A DNA stretch of 60,052 nucleotides, filler included, from Sluysia triapertura (lineage: Eukaryota): NCBI GenBank assembly GCA_046118255.1. It is 5 parts of 5 records of this genome, joined end to end, with 100 filler letters (N's around TTAATTAATTAA, not from the genome) between each part and the next. Parts side by side here need not be neighbours in the genome. Positions count along the whole stretch, not along the records: positions 35,788 to 48,198 come from JBJNIA010112311.1; positions 48,299 to 60,052 come from JBJNIA010173033.1; 3 more parts are not named here. One strand, written 5' to 3'. Below, in pieces: positions 42,434-55,699 of this stretch; position 1 is the stretch's first letter, and each line of letters starts with the position of its first letter. The translations under genes and the position numbers were made by a program. A model generated the notes under the pieces. That model did not search any database. It saw only the letters and a list, made by a program, of their open reading frames with translations, and was not told the origin of the DNA.

Positions 42434-43227
42434 TCAAGAAAATGAAATTGTCATTGATGGTATTGTTCTTAAGAGATTTAAGAACTAAGAATTAAAATTA
42501 TAAAAAGTAATTTATTACATTAAATTATTCAACATTTAAACTTTTAAAATGAGTTTCAAATATATTATTAATAAGAGTATTTATTTATATCAAAACTGTT
42601 TGACAACATAAGTTTCGCTTATAAAATTATCAATGAACAAATTCAAAAAATGTACTATTCGAACTACTAAAATCATAAAATTCAAAAGGATAATTTTTAA
42701 CAATTCAAAAATTCAAGGAATAATGTTAATCGTTTCGAATTATAACAAAACAATCTGAGTTCAAATTATATTGATTAAATATTAAAAGTATGATTTATTA
42801 AGTAAATGAACTAACCTCAGTTTTCTGTTGATTAAGCACAGATATATTTTCCGTAGTTATGCGTAACCAAACTGGAACTTTACCACATTCATTGATTTTA
42901 TTTCCAATACTTGTTATGACATCTCGATCAGCAGGTTTATTTACTGATAATGAAATTCCAAGTTGTGTACAAACTCTTTTAATACACTCTCTGAATAAAG
43001 TCAAATAATTCTTTATTTAAATCAATATTTTACTAAACCAACCTTGCAATTTTCATTCGATTTTTATATTCTACAGTTTTTATAGAAATATTGACTGGAT
43101 AGGAGCCTAGGAAATATATATTATAATATATACCATTTTCGGGACGAAAATGTTCAATAGGATGTTTCCACATTGCTGGTGTTGATTCCTAAAGCACACA
43201 AAATTAAAAAAATCAATAATTAACCAT
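42434..43227 (-). CDS. SHC: SHC adaptor protein, N-terminal PTB domain exons (5' fragment)
   Basis: ATG at 43225-43227, 36-nt intron, exon 43043-43188, 52-nt intron, exon 42816-42990, intron, then exon from 42484. Translation: MESTPAMWKHPIEHFRPENGIYYNIYFLGSYPVNISIKTVEYKNRMKIARECIKRVC...KVPVWLRITTENISVL...TIPSMTISFS*. This is colinear with SHC1 WLHP..GVSYLVRYMGCVEV..SM...R.QVTREAISLVC...PITLTVST...MQSISFASGGD. Confidence 0.85.
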
Positions 43228-45088
43228 TGTTTCTTTAAACGCGAATAATTATTTTCATAATATAACCCAAAAATTATAAATTAAATATATGCGCAAAAAA
43301 TTAAAATATTCACTAAAAAAATTAAGTAAAAAGGAGATTAAATGTTGTCATATGATAAATAAATAAATAAATCAACAATTATAAAATATGGTATATCATT
43401 GCCAAAATGTTTCTAAAAGATATAAATTTTGCGAGGAAATATTTATTTATTTTTTATTTATTAATGATAATAATTTATAATTAATTTTAAATTTATTTAT
43501 AATGTTATTTTAAATTTAATTTGTTATAATTAAAAACAATCTGAATGATTCAAACGTTAAGCTTTAAATTAAAAAAAATATTTTGATAATTTTTTGTATA
43601 GCATTAAAAAATATTAAAATTTTTCCTAAATAATAATTTTTAGTGCCATGAAGCTTTAGAATTTCACTAATCAAACTAAGAAATGAATGATTTTGAAACG
43701 TAAATATCATTCTCATTACAAGAATAATCGAAAATCCCAAAACAACAATATTCAAAAAATTCAACATAATTAAAATTCAGTTTCATCACAATTCTAACAG
43801 AAAATGATAGACAAAAATAAAATTAAAGTATTACCAGAAACATTGTAGCATGTGAAGAAATTTTAAAATGGCAATAATCTTAGCGATTATAATACCCGTT
43901 TTATATATATTTGAAACATTATTGAGGATTAGTTCATTGTGACACCATACGTGTATACTTGTTTGTTTGATGACATTTTACTGTTGCGTAATTTAAAGTT
44001 GAGAGCAATTTATTTATGGCAAAAATTGTTACGAGACATCCTACTACTTAATTTTGTAAACCCTATCGCCAATGACTAAAAGCAAAAACTAAAAAAGCTT
44101 ACTTTATTAACAATTAAATTGACAACATAAAAAATTGAATTTTTGGGAAAAAACCAAAATCTGTAAACGTTATATGATCGACATTCTGGCTTAAGTAAGC
44201 ACCACTTCCGATACGTGTTAATTATTCTAACTGTAAAGGTGTAATTTATAAAGATTTAATATATAGAATAATATAACATTAAAATTTATTATTTAAAATT
44301 ATAATTATTTTAAAAATCTTTTAATTGTTTATATTCGAAGAAAAAGAAATAATAAAATTTGAAAACTGTAACGATCAAGAAAATATTTTATTTCAATTTT
44401 ATAACAATAAAAAAAATATTTTTCTATAATAAAACATTTTTTGATTATGATTAATATCAATAATTGAAAAAACGCATAAAAAACTCACAATACTACATAC
44501 GAAATCGCTGTTCGTAACGTAACTCTGTCCACAATTTTCAAGCTTATTGCTAAGTTATTCGTTTTCAAATTTTTCAATACAAATTCATTCTAGATTTCTC
44601 GGCGATAATCATGTATTGGATATTTTAACTCTTCATTCTTATCAACTAATTAGGTGAATTCACCATTTTACTCTCGTAATAAGTTTTCCATGCAGACGCC
44701 ACACTTAGTTTAACAAATGCTTTTACTTTTACAAATTCTTCCTTTAATTTGAATAACGCAAATTCAACTTAAGTGAAATCAAATATAAAATTCAACTATA
44801 ACCGATTTTTTTAAAAAAAGATTATTTCACTTTAAAAATGGAATTCGTATTATAAGTCTCTTGGGATTCTTAAGAGTTAGGATATATAAAAATATTTGGT
44901 TAAAACATATTTGGGTCATGTCACTAAATAAAAAGTACTTTTAGATGTACTTTTGCATAACATTAAATTAATAATAAAAATTAAGTTAAAATAAAAATTA
45001 AATTAAAAAGTAAAATTAAGCTAAAAAAATTAAAATTATATTAAAAGATAAACATTAATTTAATACTGAAAATTCCATTGATAATGTC

Positions 45089-45297
45089 AGGTTGCTATCA
45101 CAACCCTCTAAAATTATATGAAATATCATTAAAAAAATATTTTAAAACTTCCAATTAACTAAAAAAACATTTTCCAAAAGAGAAAATAAGCTTCTAAAAA
45201 TAGAATCGAAGCTTCTGGGATGTTCTAAAACATTCCAACGATTTCTATTGGCTGATGACTAGTACATGAACTAGCATCAGTTCAATTTTTACACAAA
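45089..45297 (+). mobile_element. Solo-LTR-like repeat, second copy
   Basis: Homologous to 33272-33489; degenerate HSE at 45207-45236, ATTGG (reverse CCAAT) at 45247 and a hairpin at 45252-45280. Confidence 0.55.
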
Positions 45298-47674
45298 ATT
45301 ATTAGTCACATTATTTTCAACTTTATTTTTTAACAGCCAGTTGTTTTGACCAGTTTTTTTAGTTGCGATTAATTGGTTCAAGTGATATTGACATATTCAA
45401 ATAATATTTAGGGATAACTTCAATGCTAACAAATAAACCGATTATTTTAAGGATATAATATCCATATGAAATAAAATATTTTTATAAATTTAATAATTAG
45501 GGCTTAGCGCCCACATTACAAAGTGTTGTAAACGCAAAATATTATCACAATAAAAAATTAGACACAATTCACATAGATGTTTTGTTTTTAATTAAATTAA
45601 ATGTTGTATTCATATTCCATTAATCTTTCTATATTAATTCCCAATTAAACTTATTCTTAATTACATTTTTGTGTATATATTGCAAAACAACAATCATCAA
45701 ATTAATATAAGAAAATTTATTTTAACACAACTACCAAGAAATCACTTGAATAAATGAAATTCAATATTAACAATAAATTATATGAAATTACAAATTAAAC
45801 AATTATGTTATGACAATCAAGGGAATAGAGCACTATTATTTTATCGTCACACTAAGAATCGAGGGTGATTCAACAGTAATAATTTCCAAAATAATTTCTA
45901 CAAGAAAATAACTATAGATAAAGTTACAACGTTAAAACCTATTCATTTTAATATTAGCAGTTGTATTTATTTATGTGCTCATTATCATTTTCAGAAAAAC
46001 AAATCCAGATGTTCTAACATGCCAGCAATCACACAAAAGTTTCAAGTCAATTTCGGTCTTTTAAAATTTCTTCAAATTAAAGTATTAATGAATCAGATAT
46101 GAAAATGACAAGAATTCGTGAAATGGTGAAGATCTATCTACATTAGTTTATTCTTCATTAAAGTGTAACAAAACGAAACCAACATTAAAGCTAATGTCAA
46201 ATTTGTGTAATGAAAACTAAAGTGTGGCTACCGATTATATAACAATACGATAATGCCACAACAGAGGTTTGTTCAAATGGTATTGTAAAATTTAATGAAT
46301 TTAAAGTAAACAATTTAGTCAGAGAGTATTATAAAAGTTAATGATTTTAAAAGATGTAAAAATTTTTTATAACTTTAGACTTTTTAATGTTCTGAAAGAT
46401 AACGTTTCTACATATTTTGAAAGTCAATGTTTTAGATTTGAGATGAGTAAGGTTTTGCTTTAGATTTTATTAATGTAAGATACAATTTTCTTGTTAATAA
46501 TAGTTTATTGTATTCGTTGTCTTATGATTTAAGCAGCCATAATTCTTACTAAAACTTGTACACTGTAAAGTTTTGGTCGACTTTAAGTCGTATAAGTTTA
46601 ATACTTCAGTCAAGGACTTTATGTCCGAAATTGTTTGTCATAAATACCCTAACGTGCATGACAATTTCAATAAAATGAAAATAAAATCATTATTTACATA
46701 GATTTTGTAATCAAAAATATGAAGTGCGTATAAATTTATATCATGAGCTCCTTAAGAATCATCCGGACTTATTAATTAAATATATCTTTAATGAAAATCA
46801 TATCTTAAAATATTTGAATTATATTTTAAATCATTAGTTAAAATACAAATTAATTAACAATTATTTTCATGTTTCTTAGAGAGAACATGTTAAAATTTAG
46901 TCATAATTGTCTTTTCTTTTCATTATTTAAGAATTATTTTATTGTTGGAATTGTCCAATTAGTGTTTAGAAAATGGATTAAAAGATAAGAAAATTTAAAA
47001 TATATGTAGAAAAAGTGATACAAAATAGCTGAAATATGGTAATTAAATATTCCTGGAGCTAGAATAATAAACAGTAAAATGTTTATAATCATTTTGAAGC
47101 CGAAGAACACCTTGGAGTTCCAAAGACTTTATATCGTATCGAGACTCTTATGAAGACTTTTGAGACCTTAAGAAACTTTTAATACTTTCGAGTAACCTTA
47201 TAAATGTTCAAGAATTAAAATAATGGTTAATAATATTAATGATAAATTTGATACATTAATAATTAAAATAAAAAAGTAGAAAAAGGAATCAGAGTGCTGA
47301 AGTTGAAAACATCCAGAGCCTCTTCAATACCTTATAAAACATTTAACAACTTTATAACCATAATAAAACCTTTAAACTTAGAATGAAATAAATTAAAATA
47401 ATTAATTAATTAAGAAAAATTGAGAAAAGTCGAATTATAATTAATTTTTAATTAAATAAATGCTGAAACTTTCGTATTTAAAATGATGAAAAGATTATGA
47501 ATTGGGTATGGAGTGACTGCTATAAAATAGGAGAATCTGAAAATGAGGTTGAAATATCTGTGAAATGGTTTGTTTGGGAATAAGAACATTTTCCATTAAA
47601 AAATTTAGTGTGAGGAATTAAAAGTTATTTAAACTGTAAAAAGTAAAGTTAAATTCATCATTCTTAAGTAAATC

Positions 47675-47733
<59 letters not shown>
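47675..47733. repeat. (AAT)n microsatellite
   Basis: Pure run. Confidence 0.95.
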
Positions 47734-47734
<1 letters not shown>

Positions 47735-48198
47735 TTTTATCTTAATGTAAGAAATGATTGATGAAAAAATAGATCGAGTAGAGTATGAGAAAAAATATGA
47801 GTTGATTGTTAATCGAATTGTTATGTTTTTTCTTGACAGGTACTACTATACGAATATCAAAGTCGCTTTAGTCGGTTTAATCTTTAAGAGAGTAATTCCT
47901 GATTGTGAGTTTGAGAGTGATTGGAAGATACAGATATATAAAAGCAAATACTTAAAAAATTTTAAACACAATATTATCGTACAATATTGAAAAAAGATCC
48001 ATGATTGAGGTAAATTTTTATTATTAATATTATTAAACAATTTTTGGGGCAACTTTTTTATTAAATTGATTAAAGTGTGGTGGGTATTTTCAAACTCTTT
48101 ATAATTTTTAAGTCTTTTTTGATATTATATTTTTTTTCTTTCAAAACTTTAAAAACAATTAAACGAAAATAACTAATCAATTTAACTTTTAACAAAAA

Positions 48199-48298
48199 NN
48201 NNNNNNNNNNNNNNNNNNNNNNNNNNNNNNNNNNNNNNNNNNTTAATTAATTAANNNNNNNNNNNNNNNNNNNNNNNNNNNNNNNNNNNNNNNNNNNN
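48199..48298. other. Artificial scaffold spacer
   Basis: N44-TTAATTAATTAA-N44. Confidence 0.97.
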
Positions 48299-48387
48299 GA
48301 AGTAATGAAATATATGTAAATGTTGATTCTTTTTCCTCACGGAACCCTTCATTTTGCATTATCGAATGTTGCATACAAATAGTGATT

Positions 48388-49500
48388 TAACACTTAATCG
48401 CAAACCATAAGACATTTGTTGGTAATATCAGGCCTTTTGTCATCATTTCGATTTATACATCGCGCGTGAGCAGTTAAATAAAATTGAATTTTCAGGCAGT
48501 GAAGATGAAGATCTTCGTTACATAGCTCCTAACAAAAAAGAGCCATGGTTTTTTCTGATTCTGAAACCGAAAGTTGGTTAGAGGCTGTCTGATAAAGAAA
48601 TTTCAGCCGAAAACTCTGATGATGGGACTTCATGAGAAACATTGAACGAAGTTAGAAATGTACGTAGATTGCCGTATTATACAATATTCAAAGACGTCTC
48701 TGATGTAACTGCCTAAGCTAAAAGGCACATTATACTTGGTTCTGTAAGTAGCGCTTTCAATTTGATAATTGACGAAGGTATGATGACATACATAAAATCA
48801 TGTACCGAACTCGAAGCTCGTAAAGTTTTGAATAATAAGGAATGGACGGTTACAAAATCACGAATTTGTGCCTTTGTAGCAATTTTATTTACTAGATGAG
48901 CATGTGAGACAAAAAATTTCGTATTTGTGGTCTGCGAAGTGGGTTACGGCTTTTCTCGCCCAGACAATGTGTCGAAATAAATTTATGGAAATACTTCGGT
49001 TCATACGTTTTGATAAAACATGAACGCAGTTAAAGACTGAAAATAAACAAATTTCAAAAATATGGGATAAATTTATAAAGAATGTCAGGCTTCACGCAAA
49101 CATAACCATCGATGAGCAAGTGTTCCCTACTAAAGCTAGATGTCGATTTATACAATACATGTCAAACAAGCCAGATAAATTCCTATAACATTTTAGATTT
49201 AGCAGCTATCAATGCTTGGATTCTGTATAAATAAACCACTAAAATAAATATTTCAAGGAAAGATTTTATTTTCCAATTGGTTGAAGAGCTAAGAAGTAAC
49301 TATAGAGAAGAAGTCAACAACACTTCCATTCCAACAACAAAAGTTCATACTACGCCCGGAAGAATTATCAAGTTCAAAAATCATGCAATAGAAATAGATG
49401 AAGAAACATTTGTGCTAAATGTAATAGAAATATTTGTGAGAAATGTATTTCGAAAACAGAATTTATATGTAAAGAATATTTTCAATGAACTTTGTGGTGA
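48388..49500 (+). mobile_element. piggyBac (PGBD4-like) transposase pseudogene with deleted catalytic core
   Basis: Motifs SAFNLIIDEGMMTYIKSCTELEAR, TMCRNKFMEILRFIRFD and NITIDEQVFPTKARCRFIQYMSNKPDKF are followed directly by YNILDLAAINAWILY..ISRKDFIFQLVEEL and a C-terminal Cys-rich CAKCNRNICEKC. Confidence 0.92.
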
Positions 49501-50479
49501 CCAACCTATCACCTTATAAATTTTATTTCATCACTACACAACAGAACTACCCTAACAAAATTTCACAATTCTTTTTCTATTTTCAAACACTTTAGACATA
49601 AAGTTCCGTAGCGTCTAGATCATACTCAACATCGGAAATCATCAAACATTACTTCAAAAAATTAATCGAAATAGTTCAAATTAATTTAATATATTACGCA
49701 TAAAATCACGATCTATAACATTTTATTATTGTTCTTCAAAACCCTTTTTATATTCTATTTTTTATATCCATCAAAACCTTATTCTAACTTTTTCAGAACA
49801 TTCCTAATTTATAACTTAACCACATGAGAATTATATTCACTTTCAGAATTAACAATGTACATTTAAAAAGTTCATTTAAAACATTTTATTCATCATTTCA
49901 TAATATCAAATTACAAATACACCTTCAAACTAATTCAAAACATTTCAAATTCATAACTCCTTAACATTCAATCCCTATCATCACCGAAAACAACTTTACT
50001 TAAAGATATTAAGGATTTTAATATGTTTAGAAATAGGATCTTGAAAGACAGATCGTGTTTGTTGTTTTCAGAAGAGTTTGTGCTTTTATTTAATATATTA
50101 TACATCTTCTTTGTGTCATTAATTTATTTTGTTCATTATCAAGATTATTATTTTTATCACCACTGTAAATAATTTTCATTAAGTCATTCCATTTATTAAT
50201 CATTTTATAAAGCTAAACATACGTAGATATAGTAGTAACTACCACTATCAATAATGACAGCAGATTTTAAATATGAATTAATATTGTCATTATTGATGGT
50301 TATTTAGCCATCAATCGACAACATCCTTACTGTGCTATCATTGATTGTCCAACCAGAGTAGCTGTTTTCACTGTGTCTATCTTTCTGGTTGAACAGCCAA
50401 TGATAATTGCTGGCTGAAAATTAGAAACTAAGTAAACAATCAATAGAAATTTAAGGTGTGTATCATTGAAATATTTTAT

Positions 50480-51970
50480 GAATTTAACTCATTAGTATTA
50501 AAAAAGAAAAGCTGATCACAAGTGTAAAATTATTAGACAGCAAGATTGAACTTTTGTACAAAAATTAAATGATAAACTGCTTTACAGAATTTATTGCTAT
50601 ATGATTGGAAACATCATATAGTTGTGAATGTACTGTTTCAGATTTTTGTTTTATGCTAAAAGATTTTTATAAGAAACCTACTCTTCAAAAGGCAGTTATA
50701 GATGATGTTCTATTGTTCCTTGTTTTTAGTTACAACCAAATATTCATATATAGAATAAGTAATTATGGAGTTATTTCCACGACTGATAATATAAAAAGTA
50801 TCTCTAAATTTTGTTACGATATTCGAGAATTATCTTGTAATACATCTGATAAGAAATCTCATTCAGAAACAAATCATCAACAACCAAATAACAATATACT
50901 ACCACAATAAATGATTAATGATAGTAAAGCTTACCAAAAACAATTATTGCGAAATTGTATTTCTTCGAAAGTAAAATTAATTAGTTATAATTGATATGAA
51001 GATAAAAAAGAATTTCATGTTGAGTTTCGAATTTCTGATTCATCTAAATGTATTAAATTCTTTCATGATCTTGTTTTTATTAGAACACGAACCGAATATT
51101 TTTTCATTTACATTTCAACATCAAATAACCAATTTTTATGTAATGTCTTCCAAATGTCAGAATTTCTTGGCAGTAAAATCGATGAATCTGTAGAATCTAT
51201 AAATAAAAATGGTAATGTATTAAATAATGGAACTTTGAAATGGTCACATTTATCATCACAAATCATATTTTATTCTCCATTCACATTAGCTATTTTAAAT
51301 AAATGTATCGAAATACACATGTCTTCACCATGCAAACTGTAAGTTTGGACAATAATTGCAATTGTATTTATCGTTATCGTGATCGAATATATGTGTTGTT
51401 AGATAATAATTAAACATGTTGTTTAGTTGGTACTTCAAGATTACAGTTAGTTCTAGCTTATTCACAGAATGAAGATTTTGAGTTAGCTTTAATGTTAGCT
51501 AAAGCAGCATACTTAGTTGTTTAAGACATAATAGTAACTTCTAAAATTAATTGTCATTATGGAAGAATGCTGTTCAAAACAGACAATTTGAAAAATCATT
51601 CAGTATATTCGTAGAAATGATAAGAGATCAATTTAATATTCTCAGTCTTTGCCAAGTATTATGTAGAATTAACTAGAATTAACTAGACGTTGGAATGAAG
51701 TTTTTAGTAAAGAAGAAAACATTCCAGCTACATACGCCTTGATAGATTTTTTGGTGAAATGGAGAAATGATCTTCGGAAAAGATCAAATATAAACAATAA
51801 TTCGAAACCACCAAATCAAGCGCAGCAATCATTGAAAACTGAAATATTATCATCAAGTCAAGAACAGTTAATCAAATGTCATTCATTAATCGATTCTACA
51901 CCTCGGCACAACCCTCGACGACGACTACTCGAAATTGTGGGCACAAGTCTTCTCACATGTTATCTTATAG
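50480..51970 (+). pseudogene. VPS39: Vps39/Vam6 (HOPS subunit) pseudogene, CNH domain to mid-protein, intronless
   Basis: LRNCISSKVKLISYN*YEDKKEFH, LKWSH...YSPFTLAILNKCIEIH, EDFELALMLA, RQFEKSFSIF, ALIDFLVKWR and LLEIVGTSLLTCYL are colinear with VPS39 LRMCVAVKKKLQLYFW..EFH, LNWTD...PPYIIAVL..VEIR, QFELALQLA, ALIDYLTQKR and LLQIIDTTLLKCYL. Several stops and frameshifts. Confidence 0.88.
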
Positions 51971-52429
51971 TAAAGATTCCTTTAATATTATCCTTTATGG
52001 TAGTTCTAGCTTACATTGCTAACGAATATGACTTGAAAGGAATTATGATTTTTGTTTTTGCTTAATATCATTATTATTATTGCTACCCAATTACATCCTT
52101 TTATTTTTTAAGGAGTTTAGAAAGACTGTCACCGAAATATGCTCAAGAAATCATTAATGAGGAAAAGAATAAAATTTAAATATTAAAATTTTTTGTTAAA
52201 TCAAATAAAATATATATCAATTTTTTATCTTTCAATTCATTATAATACAGATTTAAGTTTAATTAAAAGTATCAAAGATTTTATAACCTTACAACATTTT
52301 GTAACATTAAAAATTAAATATAATAAATTTCAGTTCACACCACAACAAATGTTTTAATAATAAATATTTCATTTAAATTGAATGGGATTATTTTTTTGCA
52401 AAAAACTTCAATTTTCTTATGTGAGTCAA

Positions 52430-53059
52430 TTTGGCTTAATTCAGTAAAAAATAGGTATTTAACCAAACTCTGTAAATCTAGTGTTAATGAATTTATGGAA
52501 AAAATGACGATGAAATATATGGAGCTGTTAAATCTTGGAACAAAATTAAGCCAATAACACTAGTTCGATCGTTGTTGAAAATTTTCACAAATGTAGAAAG
52601 GAATGTTTCGGACTGTATCGAACCTTAGATATGTAACATTTAATGAAAAATTTAAATGGATTTGAAAATGTTGATGATCAAAATATTGAGAAATGGGTAG
52701 AATTTGATTCATCTGATCCAGGATTCCAGATACAGAGTGACACGGATATTATTTCAAATCTAATTTCAAATCCAAACGAAAATGAAAGTGAGGTAGAAGA
52801 TATTACCAATCGTATTAGTCACGACACGGCACTGACTTCTGTCGTTACTTTACTAGAATACTTCGGTCAATGGAGCTTCGACTATATCGATGTAATATCT
52901 CTATGAAAAATTCGAGATGATATTAAAGTCATTGAGAAATTCACTTAAACAAATTAAAATTACCGATTTTTAATAAAGCATTAAATGTATTTTCATTGTT
53001 TTGCGGATTATCTGTGGCGACCGCCACCATCATTAACCCGATTAATCGGAAGTTTACTG
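52430..53059 (+). mobile_element. Tigger/Jerky-like pogo transposon, 3' fragment with TIR
   Basis: VKSWNKIKPITLVRS and ENVDDQNIEKWVEFDSSDPGFQIQSDTDII..ISHDTAL; terminus CCGATTAATCGGAAGTTTACTG-TA. Confidence 0.8.
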
Positions 53060-53869
53060 TATAATACTATAATAATAAAAAAATAATATGAATGCCATAA
53101 TAATTTTTTTGGAATACGTTAATAAAGGTTTTAAATTTCTAAAATTAAAACATGTTATTTTGTTATTGGCAGCTAATTATAAAGATGAGTGCACCAATGA
53201 ACGAATTTTATCCTAGATTTTATTTTATTTTTACATTTAACTTCTTTTACAATTTATTAATTTGGTGACTGTTATTTCAGTTTTATTTATTGATTTATTA
53301 ATTTATATTTATTCATTTATTAAACGTTTTATTAAAGTATTTAATTTTTATTTTATGCATTGAATAATTTAACTTTTCATGATAAAAGTTGGCAATGCAA
53401 TATTACGTGTAATATTTTGAGATTTTAAGTTTTCTAAAACTAATAATAAAACGAATTGATATTTCTTCAATTGAAATTTATAAAAATTACGATATCTGTT
53501 TTAATCTGCAAAATAAATTTTACTTAATACCTGCCGAAGCTGAACAGCTGTTTCTACAATAATTTTAACTCTTCTATTGTATTCGAGTCAAAATTAAGTA
53601 TTAAGTATTGTATTAAGTCAAAGTTATTTTTGAATCTGACCTAGTACGATATGTATAAAACACTTTAAATTTTAGTTATCTGTTAATTTCCGTTAATTTT
53701 CATCACTTTAGATAGAACTTCGTTCACGTCATTAAGTAATCTAGTACAATTAATCTTTATATATTTATCCTATATTTAACACGTGAATAATCTTACTGGT
53801 TATAATTATTTACTTACATTTTTGTTTATTTAATTTTACTGTTATTGTTCTACTATGTTATTTCCACCT

Positions 53870-55330
53870 GATAATAAATCTCATGATATTTAATGGAGAG
53901 AAATTGCCAAATTAGTATCAATTATTTTAGGGAAGAATAAATGAGAAAATGTTATAGATGATGAACAATTTGGTTCATTATCATACTCTGCTCCTGAAAA
54001 AGTCATGGAACGCGTATTGCTAGAATTGCTTCCAAATATCAGGGATGTATTTATTGAATCGAAATTTCGCAAAGACAGTAACAGTCATTAAAAGGACAAG
54101 TTTAAATAAATGTATTCATCAATATCTTAATACATTAAAAGTGCAACTGTAATATCTCATGTGAGAAGGAATGAAAAAAATGTAATATCTTTTAGAAACA
54201 ATGTTGATGAAATCCCAAATATAATTTTAATTAATATGATACCAAATGAGCAGTGGATGATTTACAATCCTTTTATCAAATGTAAATGATATATCAATAT
54301 TGGTATTTATATTTTAGATGTGTAATAAATCTAGAATTAAAAGAAAATATGCTTCAAAAAAGAAATTATTTATTGCGATATTATTATTTGCTCTAATAAA
54401 AAATTTCATATTAAAAATGGAAAGCGTCTTCCAAAAATAAGCAAATTAAATTTTAGAATATCTACAAGCAGAAACGAATTAAACGTAAATTCTGTGTACT
54501 ATCAAATGACGATAAAACGTATATTACTTTCATATTTATTAAATTTTGTATTAATATATTTAATCTGTATTTTTGTTATCTGATATTTGTAGCTCTTTTT
54601 TATTTACTTGTATATTAAAATGATGATATTTTGATTTCACAAGTGCATCGATCCGAAAATTAATCGTTTAAATACTTTAGAAGAGTTAATATGATGCAAT
54701 TTGTTAAATAATTATTTTCCTTTACATATCATTTAGTAATTCATTTGAAACACTAATATGAATACAACTATCGATTAGAAATACCTCAAATTATCTTACC
54801 AAACCATCAAGAGAGAAAACATTTGACATGGTTTATAAAATTTACGAAGTGTCATTCAAAAGTAATTTAACTCACATAAACGAAATTTTATCTTTAAGGC
54901 AACATTTATTCAAATTATTATTATTCAAATAAAATGTTTTAATTAAATACATCTTATATTTACTTATATGTTTTCCTAGTGTCATCTTAAAGAAGACTGC
55001 CAAAAAATAACTTATTCAGGAGTTGTAAGAAGGTTGTGGCATTCATTCCCTAGAGGTTTGAATGTGAAGAAAAGTGTAGATGTTTATAGATATAACATGG
55101 TTTGTGTTCTTCGTAAACCACTGGAAAAAATGTAATATTTGTTTAAATTGATAACGCACTTAAATTGAAGTTACTGCATTCATTTTGTATATACATGAAA
55201 TAATAGCAAATGCAATCAGAAGAATTCCGAAAAATACAAAGAACGGAAATAAAATTTTTCTTCATACAGGCATGGCTTTCGAGGTGCAAGAAAGATGGAG
55301 ACCAATGATCCTGTTTGATGTGTTGTTCCA
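53870..55330 (+). pseudogene. Unidentified spliced gene remnant(s)
   Basis: Long sparsely stopped frames (WREIAKLVSIILG..FGSLSYSAPEKVMERVLLELLP; YSGVVRRLWHSFPRGL; IANAIRRIPKNTKNG) with a roughly 36-nt GT-AG segment near 54283-54318. Confidence 0.4.
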
Positions 55331-55699
55331 TTGTTTTATTTATTTAAAATCAATTATAAATAATTGTAATAAAGTTTCGAATTAAAATTCTTTTTCTAAT
55401 AAAATTAATAATACATTTTCTGAAATTGTGTAAAATGATATATTTTCTATTAAAATTAATAATGATAAAAAAATAAAATTAAACAAAATAGAAATAATAC
55501 ATTGTCTGTTCCCGCCACTAACCCTCCCACTATAAAATGTGAAAATAATGCAAGTAGAAAGGGTAGATGCAACTCGCTCTATAATTATCGCACTATAAAA
55601 CAAACTGAAAATAAAATCTTTTGCTCCAATTGCATATTATGATTTTCAAACTGCAATTTCAATATTGTAAAATCTTTATTTAAAAATATTAGGAAAAAC

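Noticed and set aside
50908-51530. In-frame TAA/TGA in Vps39 and other remnants (one TGA at a conserved Trp), suggesting a reassigned genetic code
   Set aside because: The same regions carry frameshifts and deletions. The clean malic enzyme, filamin and SHC exon 2-3 frames have no internal stops and use TGG and CAA/CAG normally.
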